From Chrysomallon squamiferum (taxonomy: Eukaryota > Animalia > Mollusca), in assembly GCA_012295275.1 (NCBI GenBank), contig CM022665.1:15996001-16060000 (forward strand): a DNA stretch of 64,000 nt, written 5' to 3'. Shown here piece by piece: positions 45,601 to 60,408 of this stretch. The notes beneath the pieces are model-generated. The model was not told the DNA's origin. It searched no databases and was given only the letters and a program-made list of their open reading frames with translations. The position numbers and the translations under genes were made by a program. How positions within the stretch are numbered: the first letter of the stretch is position 1; each line of letters starts with the position of its first letter.

Positions 45601-46020
45601 GCCTGCACCTATTTTATATATTACTGAAGCAGTCGTTATAGCAAATGATGAAACAGTATGGGATTGTAGTATCGTTTATTTCCCAAAACACCAATATCCC
45701 ATTATGTTATGTTTTATTCTTTTATATATTATATTATATTATTTGGTGTTAGCAGTCGAATGAAATGAAAACGATTCAGCACAAGATTTTCGATTCTACA
45801 TTACTTTCTTTCTTTATTTCCCAAAATACCAAACAACTGACATATAATATTTCACAGTCCAAAAAAAATGGGAGACGGAATCAGCTTACTCTATTGGAGT
45901 TTTCTATACTGTCAAAAGGAGCATTTGCTGTTGGCATAATGTTCCACATTTAAAGACATTTTCTTTCTTCTTTACTATACTGTTTACTAAATGTTGTTAC
46001 AACTGAAATACTGTGTTCAG

Positions 46021-47059
46021 GTGACAACTGCGACGATGAAGCACTGTTTAAAGGTGTGGACGGTTCCGATGAAGAACTTGTGGTATCACTTGAGGCCGTT
46101 TTGAGTGGTGATGACGACGATGATGATTCTTTGTTGGATTCTTTAATTGGTGATGATGGTGATGATGACGAAGATGATGATGGTGGTCTGATTGGGATGT
46201 TGGATGATGGCGATGATGAGGACGATGATGATGATGAGGATGACGAATCTCCCGAAGGATTGCTCGACCTGTCAGACAACTTGCGACTGTTAGGTAACGT
46301 TCTGGCTCAGAGGAAAGAAACAGAGGCTGCCGAGACTCTGATAAAAGCAGCAGACACCATTGACAAAATAATTAGCGATGCTGTGAAAGAAATGACCGGG
46401 GGAATGGATGAAGAAATAAACGAAGCCGATGCAGAAAATAAACAGGATATAGAAGAACAAGCCAAAGAGGCAGCTGAAGAAATTGTTGAAGAAGAAAATG
46501 AAGAATCACAAATTGAAGAGGAACTGACAAATGAAGAAGAGTCGAGTCAAGTACCACCTGGAAGGGTATAAGAACATATAAGTTTAAATATAAACAATTA
46601 GATAGAAAGTAATCTAAAAACGATTCAAGTAAACAAAGTAATTAACTAATGAATACGGAAACGAAGCATTTACCGTAATATATTGTAAACGTTACTACTA
46701 CAAATTCAACTACAACTACCCTACTACTTCTAACACTAGTACTTCTACTGCTACTACTAGTAGTAGTACTACTTCTAATTACTATTAGTACTAATAGTAC
46801 TACCAACACTGTTACCACTACATCTAGTATAACAAATGCCACTACAACTTGGATTAGTACTGCCACTGCAGCTACTAATGTTAGTTCCACTAGCACAGCT
46901 ATTGCTCTGAGGTGAAAAACTTTAACTGTAAGATCGAAACATTGATACTAATCAATATCTTTATTCTTCCTTTGGTTGATACCACTGACAATAATGACAT
47001 TTTATTATTATTATCATTGTTATTATTATTATTATTATTATATTTCGTTTCAGATGTAA
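46021..47059 (+). other. Copy 5 of the acidic protein: intact acidic exon plus last exon, lacking its own promoter and signal-peptide exon (alternative 3' module or pseudogene)
   Basis: Acceptor CTGTGTTCAG| at 46020; open frame 46021-46565; downstream TTTCAG|ATGTAA at 47054; AATAAA at ~47178. Upstream similarity to the other copies stops at ~45936, and no exon 1 or exon 2 is visible between 45240 and 45935. Confidence 0.75.
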
Positions 47060-50000
47060 ATCAGGTGACATCACTCCATCTTCGATGACCTCGCAGTTCA
47101 CACAAAGCTCATAAATACTCGAAAGTATTCATGTTGAATGCTCATCATTGTATTTTTGAAATATAGTTTTATCTTCAATAAATAAATATATTTGAAATCA
47201 AAATAATTTGTTTTACTGTTTTAATATTTCATTGGCCTGTGTCTCTTCAAGATTATAACCATTTATAATGGAACACTGATTAAATATAAAGAATAATTAC
47301 AGTTATACAGAACAACGTTTTGTACAAGAAACAATATCTGACAAGGGAGTCTAAGATTTAGACATTTCGAAAGAGCATAATGGAGAAAAGCAAAACGAAC
47401 AGTAGTTTTATAAAAACAATGCATGTAGCAGAATCATTTAAATGATCATCCCAGAATAAGAATGTCAGAGATTATTCCCTTAAAGTCATTTTGAAAAATG
47501 TCCTAGCCATTACACAGGCATTTTGCGTATGTTATTTTTAAGTCACATTCAAAGAGAATAATAAAGTGAAAATGAAATATTTGATGTGTAAATATTAATG
47601 TTTAAAATACAGAACAATGCTGTACAAAAATAATGCTAAAATTGTTTCTGCACAAACACACAAAGAATTTATTTCATTAATATGGATCATTTCTTTAATG
47701 CTTAAGAAGTTTCTTATCAGTTATGTACTGATGTGTGTGTGTGAATAAAATTATTTTTGTACAGCAGTGTTCTGTATTTGAAACAAGATATATATTATAT
47801 GTTTTAAATGTAGATAACATTAAAATTCTGGTGCTGTTTTAGTCATATCAATCTATTTGTAATAAATTATTTTTGAAAATAACAATGTCTTGAAATAATT
47901 ACATTAGTAAAAACCAAATACAATCAATACAGCTTTAAACACAGTAAAGTAGAAGGGATAAAATGAGTAATATATATATGTGTATGTCTGTATGTGTGTT
48001 ATAACATCAATAAGTAGATCTGTATATAAGATATATTAACTCAGTTTTAAAATTATAATTTAAAATTAATTATTGGGACAAATAATATTATATAAGTTTA
48101 TGTGTGACCAAGTAATATCTATATATAAATTGATTACAAAAACAGACTTCAAATGAGTTTTATTTTAAAAATGTGCAGAATAAATGAATTAAGGTTAAAA
48201 TGTAAAGACTTAGAAATTTGTCATGATATATAAACATAGACATATATATTTCACCATAAACACAGATTACAAAGATAGTTAACTTTTAGATTATGATTTA
48301 GAGTTGTACTTACTCATAACACATAAATACATACACACAAACATGCATGGATGCATGCACTTGCACACATACACAAAGAATACTGTTTATTTTTATGACT
48401 GAATTTGAATATCAAACATTAAAGACAATTTCATACACATCAATAAACACATATAACATATTTTCTTGATTTCTACACTTAATATACATTAGAAAATAAA
48501 TGAAATGGGATTTACAAGGTTTTAAAAAATAAAATAATAAACAAATAAATAAAACATTTTTAATTCCTTCCAGATCACAAAGCAGTAGAAGTAAAATAAA
48601 AGGAATGTCATTTATAAACTGTTTAACCCAAAATGGTTAAATTAACTATTTTTGAGCATTTATAATGAATCTAATGACAATTAAAAGTACAATTTGTGCC
48701 TGTCAGTAAACTTCAGTATAAATACACGCACAGACACGCAGGCATATGATGAACAAACATACACAAGAGCACAAAAACAAATATGGATACACATACACAC
48801 ACACCAGTATCATTAGTTTCTTAACTGGGAATAAAGAAAATAAACAATTCTGAAAATATTAAAACTATAACTAGAATTGGGGTTTAAAATATTAAAATAT
48901 TTTGGCACTTCAGAATACAACCATCCTAGTTTATCAAAATAAAAATTGACACTTGTTTTCTTCTTCTCTGTCTTGCTCTTAGATACTTAAATTACAAATT
49001 TCAAATATGAAATACACTTCTGCACAGTAACATACATTTAGAGAGTGTGAACTAGACTACCACTAATAACACACCTAGTATCTAATATAATTTCAAATAA
49101 ATATCAATATTTACAGAAATATAGTCAGGGTACATCTACTAAGGCTGTAATGTTATGAACATATAGAGAAGTCCAAATACCAAGACCTGATATTGATCCA
49201 GAAAAATGAATTAATGAATTTTTTTGTCAATCGGGTTATTCTGCCAATAAGATTATGGACCAGAAGGATTAATCCATGGATAAAACCTCACCCCTTACGA
49301 TTTAGCTGATAATTGGTATTTAGGATAATGGGAGCTAAAGAAGATGATATTTCAAGATATTAGTCAAATCGGCTTCGTTTTCCCATTATTTTTGGTGATT
49401 TGACCTAGAACTGATTCACATGAATCATAAAAGAAAATTATTTATAATAAGTGAAAACAATCACACAAACAAACATAGTACAATACATTGTATCACACAC
49501 CAGTTAATATATTTAATATACAACTGTTTATGTTCATTATGTTCTGCATTACACAGTAATAACAACATTAAAAATGTAGAGATGCATCTACATTATCTAT
49601 TAATTCTCTCAAATTTAAATAAGTATAAAAAACCACGTAAAATGTTGTTATTTGTAGCAGTAGTAATTAAAAATAAAATTATTGAAAAAATAAGAAGAAA
49701 AAAAACATTTTAAAAATGTTATAAAATAACAAGATTTCTTTCCTCAAACATAGAAATGATCATTTTACACTTTTTGCAAATTCAAAAAAACAATAAACTT
49801 TAACAACACCCTAAAAAAAATTGGTTATTATTATTATTATTTTCTTTTTGGTAGGTTAATTAATACTGAATATTCATTTATTATTAGTTACATAGACTTC
49901 AGAACAAATCCTTTGCAGTTTTCCATTAACAGAAAGGAATTTTTTATAAGCCATTTCCTTAAGGTAGGATAGCATATACTTTGTTGTTAAAGAAGTCACA

Positions 50001-50629
50001 AATTAAACAGTTATTTGAAATGTAAAAGAAAGAATAATAATAAGTCTGACATCATAATTTGTAATGTTTTCTATAAAACTACTATAATTTTATAACTCAG
50101 ATTTGCATAATGTGACAAATAATTTCATCACAGAAACAGAACAAGAAATGTCTCATCAAATCCATCACAATTACATTTCCCATTTCACTTTTGACAATAA
50201 AGTTTCTTCATAATGACTGTTTCTGTGATGCTTCAAAACAGTAATGTCTTTTTCAAGTCACATCAATACTGACACTTTCTACATCTTCATCAATGAAATA
50301 TAATTATAGCACAATCTTTTCATTTTTTTAAATTTTGAAAAAACAAAACAATTGTATCTCTTTCCTGTTAATTTTGAAAATGGTGACAGAGAAGCTATAT
50401 TATGTTTTGAAAATGTTATTGTTTTCCATGCCTCCACTCAAGGATCAAAATGTCAAAAAGTATTAATGATATTTTCTAAACAACAGTTAATTGGATTGTC
50501 ATCACATCATAAGTTTCAGTGACTAACTGCAATCAGTTTCTTTCTTTCTTTAATGCTTCAATTACTACTTTCTTTATTCCTCTTTTTGCTTTCTTTTAAT
50601 ACAAAAAGATCTGTCACTGTATTTGGTTC

Positions 50630-51619
50630 CTACACAAGGTTTCCAAGTTTCTGAAACGGCTGGAAGTGGTGAGGTCTGGTTCTGGATGAAGGTTTTTCCC
50701 ACATGGTCACAGTCCCGTCCTCGGCTGATGCAAACAGTCTCTGACAGTCATGCGTGAAAGCAACACTGAAATTAAATCATTTAGTTACTGGAAAGAACTG
50801 CTGGTCAGTTTTATTTGTTCTTATGTAGAAAGAAAAATTTAAAAAAGTGAAAAATAAGCTATTCTGAAGTATGTATACATAAATACAACTGAAAGTTTGA
50901 TTTATATATATACATATAGAAATAATTTGACAGTAATTGACAGATATAAACAATATTAACATTTAGTTTGCACAGATAAATTATACAGACAATTCAGTTT
51001 ACACAGAAAAATAATACTGACAATTTAGTTTACACAGATAAATAATACTGAAAATTCAGTCTGCAGAGATAAATAATGACAATTTAGTTTACACAGATAA
51101 ATAATGTTGACAATTTCGTTTACAGTGATAAATAATACTGACAATTTAGTTCACACAAATAAATAATTCTGACAATTTAGTTCACACAGATCAATAACAC
51201 TGACAAATTAATGTGTAATTATAAATAATACTGATAATTTGATTTCTAGATATCAATAATATTAATAAGTTAACTTACAGATATAAATGATACCAATTCT
51301 AACTGTTTAATTTATAAATGTTGATAATATTAACAACTAAATTTACAGATATAGCTTATATTAATAATTTAGAAGCATATAAACAAACATTTTTACATTT
51401 CCAGCATCATAAATTAGAAAATAATATATAATTTTGCATAAACTTTGCAGAAACTTTGCAGTGAAAATGAATCAGTGTTTTCAGATTTAATTTTGGTTTT
51501 TAGTCATTACCTGACAACAGGGCAAGCAATACTGAACTCGTGTTGTAAGTCTATAAGGTGACTTAAATCCCAGCTATTCCACAAACTAAAATAATGAAAT
51601 TTAAAAAAAATAAAATAAT

Positions 51620-51653
<34 letters not shown>

Positions 51654-51678
51654 GATGATGATAATGATAATAATAGTA

Positions 51679-51745
<67 letters not shown>

Positions 51746-54700
51746 TAATAAGGAGAAGAAGAAGGAGAAGAAGAATTGAATAATTTTCAAATACAAAACA
51801 TATCTTATGACACCTCAAAATATTTTAATATTAATAATTATTAAGTGTCATAGAATATTTTTATAGTATTATGCAATGATGATAAGAAACTAAATCCACA
51901 GCATACTCTTAGTGGGTTATTCTTAAAATTAGCAGCAAGGAACATTTTATCTGAACCTTTCCTATACAGGAAAATACAAAAAGACTGGTAAATTGTAACT
52001 GTAATGCAATCATAGGAAGACTAATATTAAAATACATAAAGGACTAATTGGAGAGTCAGAATTCTCAATTTAAAAAAAAAAAAATTTTAATTTTTTTTAA
52101 TTACTATTTAAAAGAAGATACCTGTGTGTGGATGGAGAGACACACAGACACACACACACACACACACACACATAAAATGTGTTTACCGTATAACTCCAGT
52201 ACTGAGACCACCTGCAACAACATTGATAGATCTACCCTCTGGCGCAATAGAGTAAGCCAGACAGTTTATTGAAAACTCATCGCATTTTCGTGAAACCACA
52301 TGTCTGCCATTAATTGTGTGAAGTTGTAGGTAGCTTCCCAAAGCTGAAAATAATAAATCAAAATAATAATAATGATGATGATGATGGTGATGTTGATAAT
52401 GATTACAGGATAAATGCATAAATAAATTAGTGAATAAATATTAATGAAGCTGCAGATCTTGAATTATTAATATATATATATATTAAGCAAATAAATTAAA
52501 CATTTTAAAATATAATATATGAGCTGTGTTTGTGTATTCAAATTTGTTTATGAGTCTGTGTATGTTTGTGTGCATATTTTGTAGCACTAATTACTTATAT
52601 TCTGATAATTAATGAACTCAAAATTCACAATTATTTAACTCTTTAACTTGAGAAACAATTTGTAATAAATATTGATATTCATAACTGTGATGAAAAACAT
52701 AATAAGCTTCGATTAAATAAAGTGTAAATAAAAGTAATTTTTATTCTGAGGTGAATCATTCACATTGTAATAAAAATGTGATGCTTTCAGCCAAACAGCC
52801 ATTCTCCACTGAATTGACTAAATTAATTTTAAAAAATACAACAGAAAACTCTGTGAAAAAATATATATATATTGTTTGTTTTTCGTGTTTTATTATTATA
52901 ATTATTACTACTGCTGTTATTGTTGCTGTCACTGTTTTTGCTAATGTTAGCTACAAGTAAGTCTTGTCTGTGAGAATATTCTGACAAACATAATTTAAAA
53001 TGATTTAACTGAAATACTTTAAGGACTAAATCACAACACTTTAATACTATCTGAAAGGAATCTAAAAAAAAAATTAAAGAAATGACAGGAAAAAAAAGAA
53101 ATATATATATATATATAATTAAAAATAGGTAAAATCAGATAAATACCTCTAGGACTGACGCTGACAATGTCACCCAATGTGTCACTGACAGCCAGAGTCT
53201 TTACTCCTTTAGGATGACTTGTTATAGAAAGAATGTATGACAATCTGAAAAATAATAAAATAAAATAAAATAAAAAATGACGATGATTATTAATTTGAAA
53301 TATATCTCATAAGTGATATGTGGAAGAATCTAAAGCTGTATTCTAACTGGGTGCAACTGATGTGAGCTATGCAAATGACATAACACTATTTATATCCTAA
53401 CCAGATGCAACCATAGTAACAGTATCACTTTTGAAACTTTGATCCACCAGTGAAGACAAGTGAAACCTAACTGGGTATGTATTAAAATGTTCTATCATCT
53501 TAATGCAAAGCTACCTTCCCTCACCCCGGGTGGGACTGGACCTTCCAAGAAGCTTATACATGCATGTTGTTAATAGAACACACACATTTCTTACTAGGTA
53601 AACCTAGAGTTTTTCCACTATTCTTCCAGGCATTTTCTTTTCTGTTGTTATCTTTGTATATTGACAAAGAACAATTATAAAGTACCAGTAATGTCTGAAT
53701 GAGATGGATGAGTTGTTTATCTTCCATTTTCATGTACTGGGGAAATAATCTTGTTTGTGATTGGTTAATATATTTTAGACACTTGTGAAGTGCAACAAAA
53801 AATAGAAACAATTCCTATCAGTACTATGTTGTGTGCTCGACTAGTTCAACCTGTTGTGCAGTATGCGTGAGCAGTTAGGATGCTGCAAATGAAATCAGTG
53901 GTTTCTAAAACAATTGTTTGCATTGCTCATGTTGCACATGCTCAGTTAGGATACAGCTTAAAAAAGAAAACTAAAAGCTGAATAAATGCAGCAGTTTTCT
54001 ACAATTCATAAAATGTTAACTGAACAAAATTAAAACATTTTTCTTAATTGTGTAATATGTGTTATTGTAGTTACTTCATAATAATAATAACAATAACAGA
54101 AAGTATTATAATCTAAATTTAAAATAAAAATGTATGATTATCATTATTATTATTATTGTTGTTGTTGTTGTTGTAGTTTGTTTTTTGTTGTCATCATCAT
54201 TTATAAATGTTAATCATTCATCTTCTCTTTTTATTAACATTTTAAAAAATAGAAATAATATATAACATAAGATGATAAGAGAAATTTCATAAAGGAAAAA
54301 AGAATTAAAGAAAGAAAGAAAGAACTATTTAAACAAATAATAAAATTCTATTAACTCTATAATTTACACTACAAAAATTACATCTAAGTCTTATGAATTT
54401 TCTTCAAACCTGTTGAGATCCCACACAATAATTGTTCCATCTTCACTGCCAGTGACAATAACACTGAAAGCTTTTGAAATCACCATCACATTGACAGTGT
54501 CTGTATGTCCAATGAGAGCCATGCGACTTCCAAGTACCTGCAAATGACTTGCCTGAAATATAATGCATTGAATATGTAATACATAGCAAAATAAGGACAT
54601 ATTAAAGTTAAATAAGTATCAATAATATGTAGTAAAATAAATAAATAATACATGGTTAAGTGAGTAAGTATATAGTAAAAATAAATAATATATAGTTAAG

Positions 54701-56157
54701 TAAGTATATTGTAAAATAAGTAAAAACTGTAGGCTTAAGTAAGTGAAAATAATATACAGTTAAAAAGGTACAAAATATATAGTAAAAATAAGATAATACA
54801 CATTTAAATAAGTACAGATAAAGTAAGTAATTATCACATTTAAATAAGTACAATGTATAAAGTAAAATAAGATTATAATATGCAATTACACAAGTACAGA
54901 TAGTACATATAGTAAAATTAGTAAATAATATAAGTTAAATAAGCAAAAATATACAGTTAATAAGTATGAAGTATATAGTAAAATAAGGAAACAATAAACA
55001 AACAAAATAAATATAAAAATATATATAGTAAAAAATTAAATAATATATAGTCGAAAAATTAAGAAGTATATGGTAAAATAGGTATATAATAAATAGTTAA
55101 ATATGTAAAAAATCAAAAATAAATATAGTGTTAAATATAAACATATAGGCAAGTAAATAATGAATAAATAATAAGACAGGTCAGAATATAATACAAATGA
55201 AATACCACATTGTAAATCAGATCAGTTGTACAGATAGTATAATCTAAATAGATCTAATACCAATTGAAATATTAAATGGTCTCAAAGTACAGTTTACTAC
55301 ATTAAATTAGATCAGTTATTTCTGTCTTGTTATGATAAATTATGTTAGCACCTTGGCCTTGTTGTGTGCAACGTTGTACACATTGATGATGCCTGTGGAT
55401 CCAGCTGTGAAGAACAAACGACAATCAGGAACAGAGGCACAGCAAGTAATCTAAAAATACATTACATATTAATTACTTTTTATTAAATATAATTATCTAC
55501 ATAAAAGGATTATTATTATCTTTGTTGTTGCTTATTCTTAATTCTTCTTCTTCTTCTTATTATTGATATTAGTATTATTATTGCTACTGTTGTTGTTATT
55601 TTTGTTTATTTTTTGGTTTTATACTAATTTATTTGTAATTTATATATTTTCTTCGACTGTCTATATGTTCAAAGACACTAATTTCATTCATACAATAAAA
55701 TCATTGCAACTGCATTGTTGTTTCTTAGTTGTTTCTGACTGTTTGACAGCTTTCCAAAAATTTTGTAAACATTCTCTCAAAATGGATTATATATTGAATG
55801 GAACAAAGACACACACACGCACACACTCTCATATATAGATATATATATATCTATATATGTATGTATATTTGTATGTGTGTATGTATTATTATTATAAGGC
55901 TCTCACATCATCATAACAGGTTTCTCTAATGAAGTTTACAGCAGGAACAGTGATTTGGTTTTTGACACGAAGAATACCATCTTGAAATCCCCAGCTCACA
56001 ATACCAGCCCACATCACATCAGTAGCATTACACTGTATGTCAGCTGTGAAATAAAAGTTATTTTTAATACATTATAAAATATATATGTATGTATCTATGT
56101 TAAATGAATAAATAACATTAAATAAAATATTATTATATACAAATATATATGTATGTA

Positions 56158-56209
<52 letters not shown>

Positions 56210-59200
56210 TGGGTGTACAATTTTATTTAATATTCATTTTATTTAATTTTTTTTTTTTTTTTTTTTTTTAATTACATTTCTTCACAAATGTAATAATTAT
56301 AAACATAAAATGGTTTACCTTTGTCTTTTCCATGCAAAACCAACACACATGCATCTTCCTCCAATCCAAACATGTAACCAGTGGGGATGGGTACCAAGGA
56401 TGTAAAAACTGTGGTATAGGTGTGTTGCCAGGTAGGTACTGGCACCATACCCTCAGGATTCCACAAACAGTTTCCCCATTTCAATCCACTGACATTTTTC
56501 AGTCTAGGCTGAAATGAGAGGATTTTTTGAGTTGCTGTACAGGGTATAAAATGTGCACTGATATTTTTTTAATCGTCCATAATAATCATATACGTGCATG
56601 CAAAAACTGAATAATGCTTATCTTAAATAACATATAAAAATTGTATGCTGCATTTATATTGAACAGTTATTCCTACATTTGCTGCAAATTTTTTTGTTGT
56701 TGTTGTTGTTGTTATTTTCATACTGTATACTCATCTCAGTTTTTTAACTGTAAAATGTAAATAAAATTCATTTATACCGAAAATCCTAAACTGAACATAC
56801 TGTTACAAAGATTTATTTTTTATGTGTTCAGTGGCCTTGAATACTGCCTCAAACAACAGTAGTAATTTTTTTTTTTTTTTTTGGCTCTTGTATATTCAGT
56901 CATTTTGATGTAAATGTGCATAAACAGAATACAGTTTATTTAAACTCAAATTTAAGATAGCATTATTAGTTTGACTTACATTTAATTTATAATATTAATA
57001 ATATTTATTTACCTTTCTACATAAATTAATTCCTTTTTATATCATTTTTAAGATTAACATATAATTATTGGTTTAAATCAGAAATTAGTTATTTTATTGT
57101 AATAGCTGTTGTAATAGTTAATATTTAAACACATTTTAAAATTAACAAAAATGATAGAAATATAATTAAACAAGAGTTACTATGTAGGTTCTCCTTTCAT
57201 TCTCTGCTGCGGTTCTTGGCACAGAATGGGCAGATGCACTCACAGAAGAATGTGCAGTGTTGGCAGGATGGGGAAGCTGAAAAAGCTGTTTAGGTGTCTG
57301 TCCGTAAGTGCAGATCATTGTCAGTATGGCTTGCCTCTTTAAAGGATCAGTGAATTCTCCAACATCAATACCAAAATAAGTCTAAACAGAAAGAAAAAAG
57401 AAAATGGGACTTTCAGATACAAATAAAGACTGAAAAAAACAATAGTAGTACTACCAGTACTTTCAGTTTAGAAGTATTTATTTTTATAAAAGAATATTCC
57501 ATTATAAATAAGAAAAAAGATAAAACCATTCACAACATGTATCAAAGAAAGAGAAAATACAGCATTAAATTCGATATGAAGTATAAATAACTAACTGGGA
57601 GATATATCCTTTCTGTCTGATCAATCTTCCAACATACAAATACTGTATTAAGCAAATACTATTAAGCAAACATTCTAAGCTAATCAAGTGTATATCCAAG
57701 ATCCTGAAATATTGCTAAGACATACACCTAATAATTGGTATGTAAAAGCTATGGCTAACACTGAGATATATATCTTTTTTCTAAACAATCCTGAAATATT
57801 GCAGACATACTTGTTAAATTTGTAATGTAATATATATTTTCTCTCTAGCGTATTTTCCAACTCACATTTACTGTCTTTTATCAAATACACTAGGCTGCCC
57901 AAGATATATGTGATCAGACTTTAATTGGAAATAACCATATATAGATATACAACTGTTAATTCAATAGCAAATCATTATATTGTTTCTGCTTTTTCTATGA
58001 CCTTGTCTGTGACTGTCTTATTTATCTACTTCCCTGTCTTTTCTCTCTGAGTTATATAAAATGTGACGTCATGAACTATTCACTGACTAGCAAAGATATA
58101 GTGTTTTCAGCTGAATGACAAAATCTGTTTAAAGACAAAATTTTACTACCATGTCCATTAAACTGATAGGGTTATTCCCTTTGACAAGACAATGCATACC
58201 ACAATATGTATCAGTTGTGAAGCATTAGAAAGTACAGTGAACAGCCCAAAAATTAAAACCATAGAGAACAGGTTATCTATGAAGGATAAAGGATATAACT
58301 ATGGTAATCTATTTATCATAGCATTGCAGCATATATATTCCATTAGTATGAAAGATATATGTGAACATTATATACTTACAGATGGATGGAACACATTGAT
58401 AGCTTTGATTGACTCCTCACCCTGTTGTTTGTAACCAAAGACGAGATTTATCCACTGGTGAATGTTCTGTGTGACTGATGTTGACTCAAGTGCCTGGCGA
58501 TGTATCAGCACAAAGAGACGAGCATCACTCATGCTCCATGGAGGCAGAATAACATCAGAGACAACTTCACCATTCTGCCGTTTGCCAAATTCAAAACCTG
58601 GTTAAAATGGAGTTCAAGTTCATTATGTGGAAAAGTTAACATAATTTTATTTTTTTTGTTTTTTGCTTTTTTATGAATCCATTACTACAAATTATATATT
58701 TATACTGGTCAGCTATCTCACTGAACATTTAGAAGTTTTTATTTTATTATTATTATTATTAATGTCTTGTTATTTTTTTTCTCCCTCAATCATCAGTGGG
58801 ATCCAGTTTCATTTCTTTCAGTAACAAGGAACCTTTCAGTAAATTCGTTTTTAAAATATGAATAAAAATGAAATAAAATTCAATAAATAACACTAAAAAT
58901 AATAATAATTTAAAAAAATATATATAAACACTAAATGATACCACAAAAGAAATAAAAAATATCAGATAAAACAAAATATAATTTTTTAATTATTTCTGTT
59001 ACCTTCTGAATTGACAAGGAATTCAGGCAAGAAAAAAAATTCTGGTATCAACTCTTTGACATCTGATGCTGACTCAAAGCTGGACAATCTCCATGATGTT
59101 GCCACACTGTGAAATGTTCTGTCTGGGATGTCAAAACTGTCATCTGTCATATTAAAAAAGAAATTACAAAATATTGTATAATTAAAAAAATATAGAGAAA

Positions 59201-59912
59201 GAGAGAGGAACAGAAGCAGAAGGCTAAAGAAAGAAACAGAGGGTGTGGCTACATGGTAAAAGTTTAAGGGTTTACAGAGAGATATAACACATTAGCAAAC
59301 ACAGTCACAGGCAGCAAACATTAGCTCGAATTAAGTATTTGGCATTTAACACTTAATTTACTAAAAAAAAGAATAATAATATACATGTATATAAACAGAG
59401 TAGACTGTCAAAACCGAATTCACTTCTGATCAATGAAATATCCCATTTTAGACACAATGCTAGTTTATAAAGATCAAACTGACTGAAATTGGAATATATT
59501 TTATTACAAATGTTAAATGTCTGTCAAACGTCAGTTATCAGTACACACTAATTATAACCTTGTTCATCTAGCTGCATATACTAATTATAAGAAGCATGGC
59601 ATCATTGTTATTAAGCCTTCAAAGAAACACAATCATTTCATCTCACATGAGTAGTTTTAAAATGTGCAAATTGTCATAATTGTTTATGAATTGATTGTAC
59701 CTGCAAAACTGTGTGCCTTGTTTACAATGCTATTTACTTTATATATTGTTCTTTTGTTCTAGAATTTACATCTGGAATCCGAAGCAGACAGCATGCAGAT
59801 TAGACAAGATTTTGTTCATAATAGATTAACAACAGCTGGACAGGACTTATAAATGGTATTGGTTTACACACAAATCTGGATTAGTCAAAGGCCAGTTTTT
59901 GCAGAGTCCACT

Positions 59913-59948
<36 letters not shown>

Positions 59949-60353
59949 CCTCATATTTAACTATATATAAGTTCTCTCATAAAGAATAAGAATTTATGTG
60001 GTTTGATATGTAAAGAAGAGCTGATGTTCTGTATGAAATCTCTCAAAACAAGACTATTACTAAACCAGAATTCCCTCAAAACTGAACACTGTATAACTAA
60101 ATGTAAAATCTCAGTAAACCAAAGATATCCCAAACTGAACATTTTTATACTGTCCAAACATGATTCAGTTTTGAGAAATTTCACTGTATTAAATTTTACC
60201 TTGGTAAGACAGGAACATCTTTGTAAATGGTGGAAGTCTGACGAGGTAGTGGAGAACAGTGCCGCTGTTGGAGTAGTGACTTCCGTAGTGATATGGTCTG
60301 ATACGAATACTACTGTCCTGACCAGGGTCTTTCTCATACTCTTGTTTCAGAAA

Positions 60354-60408
<55 letters not shown>

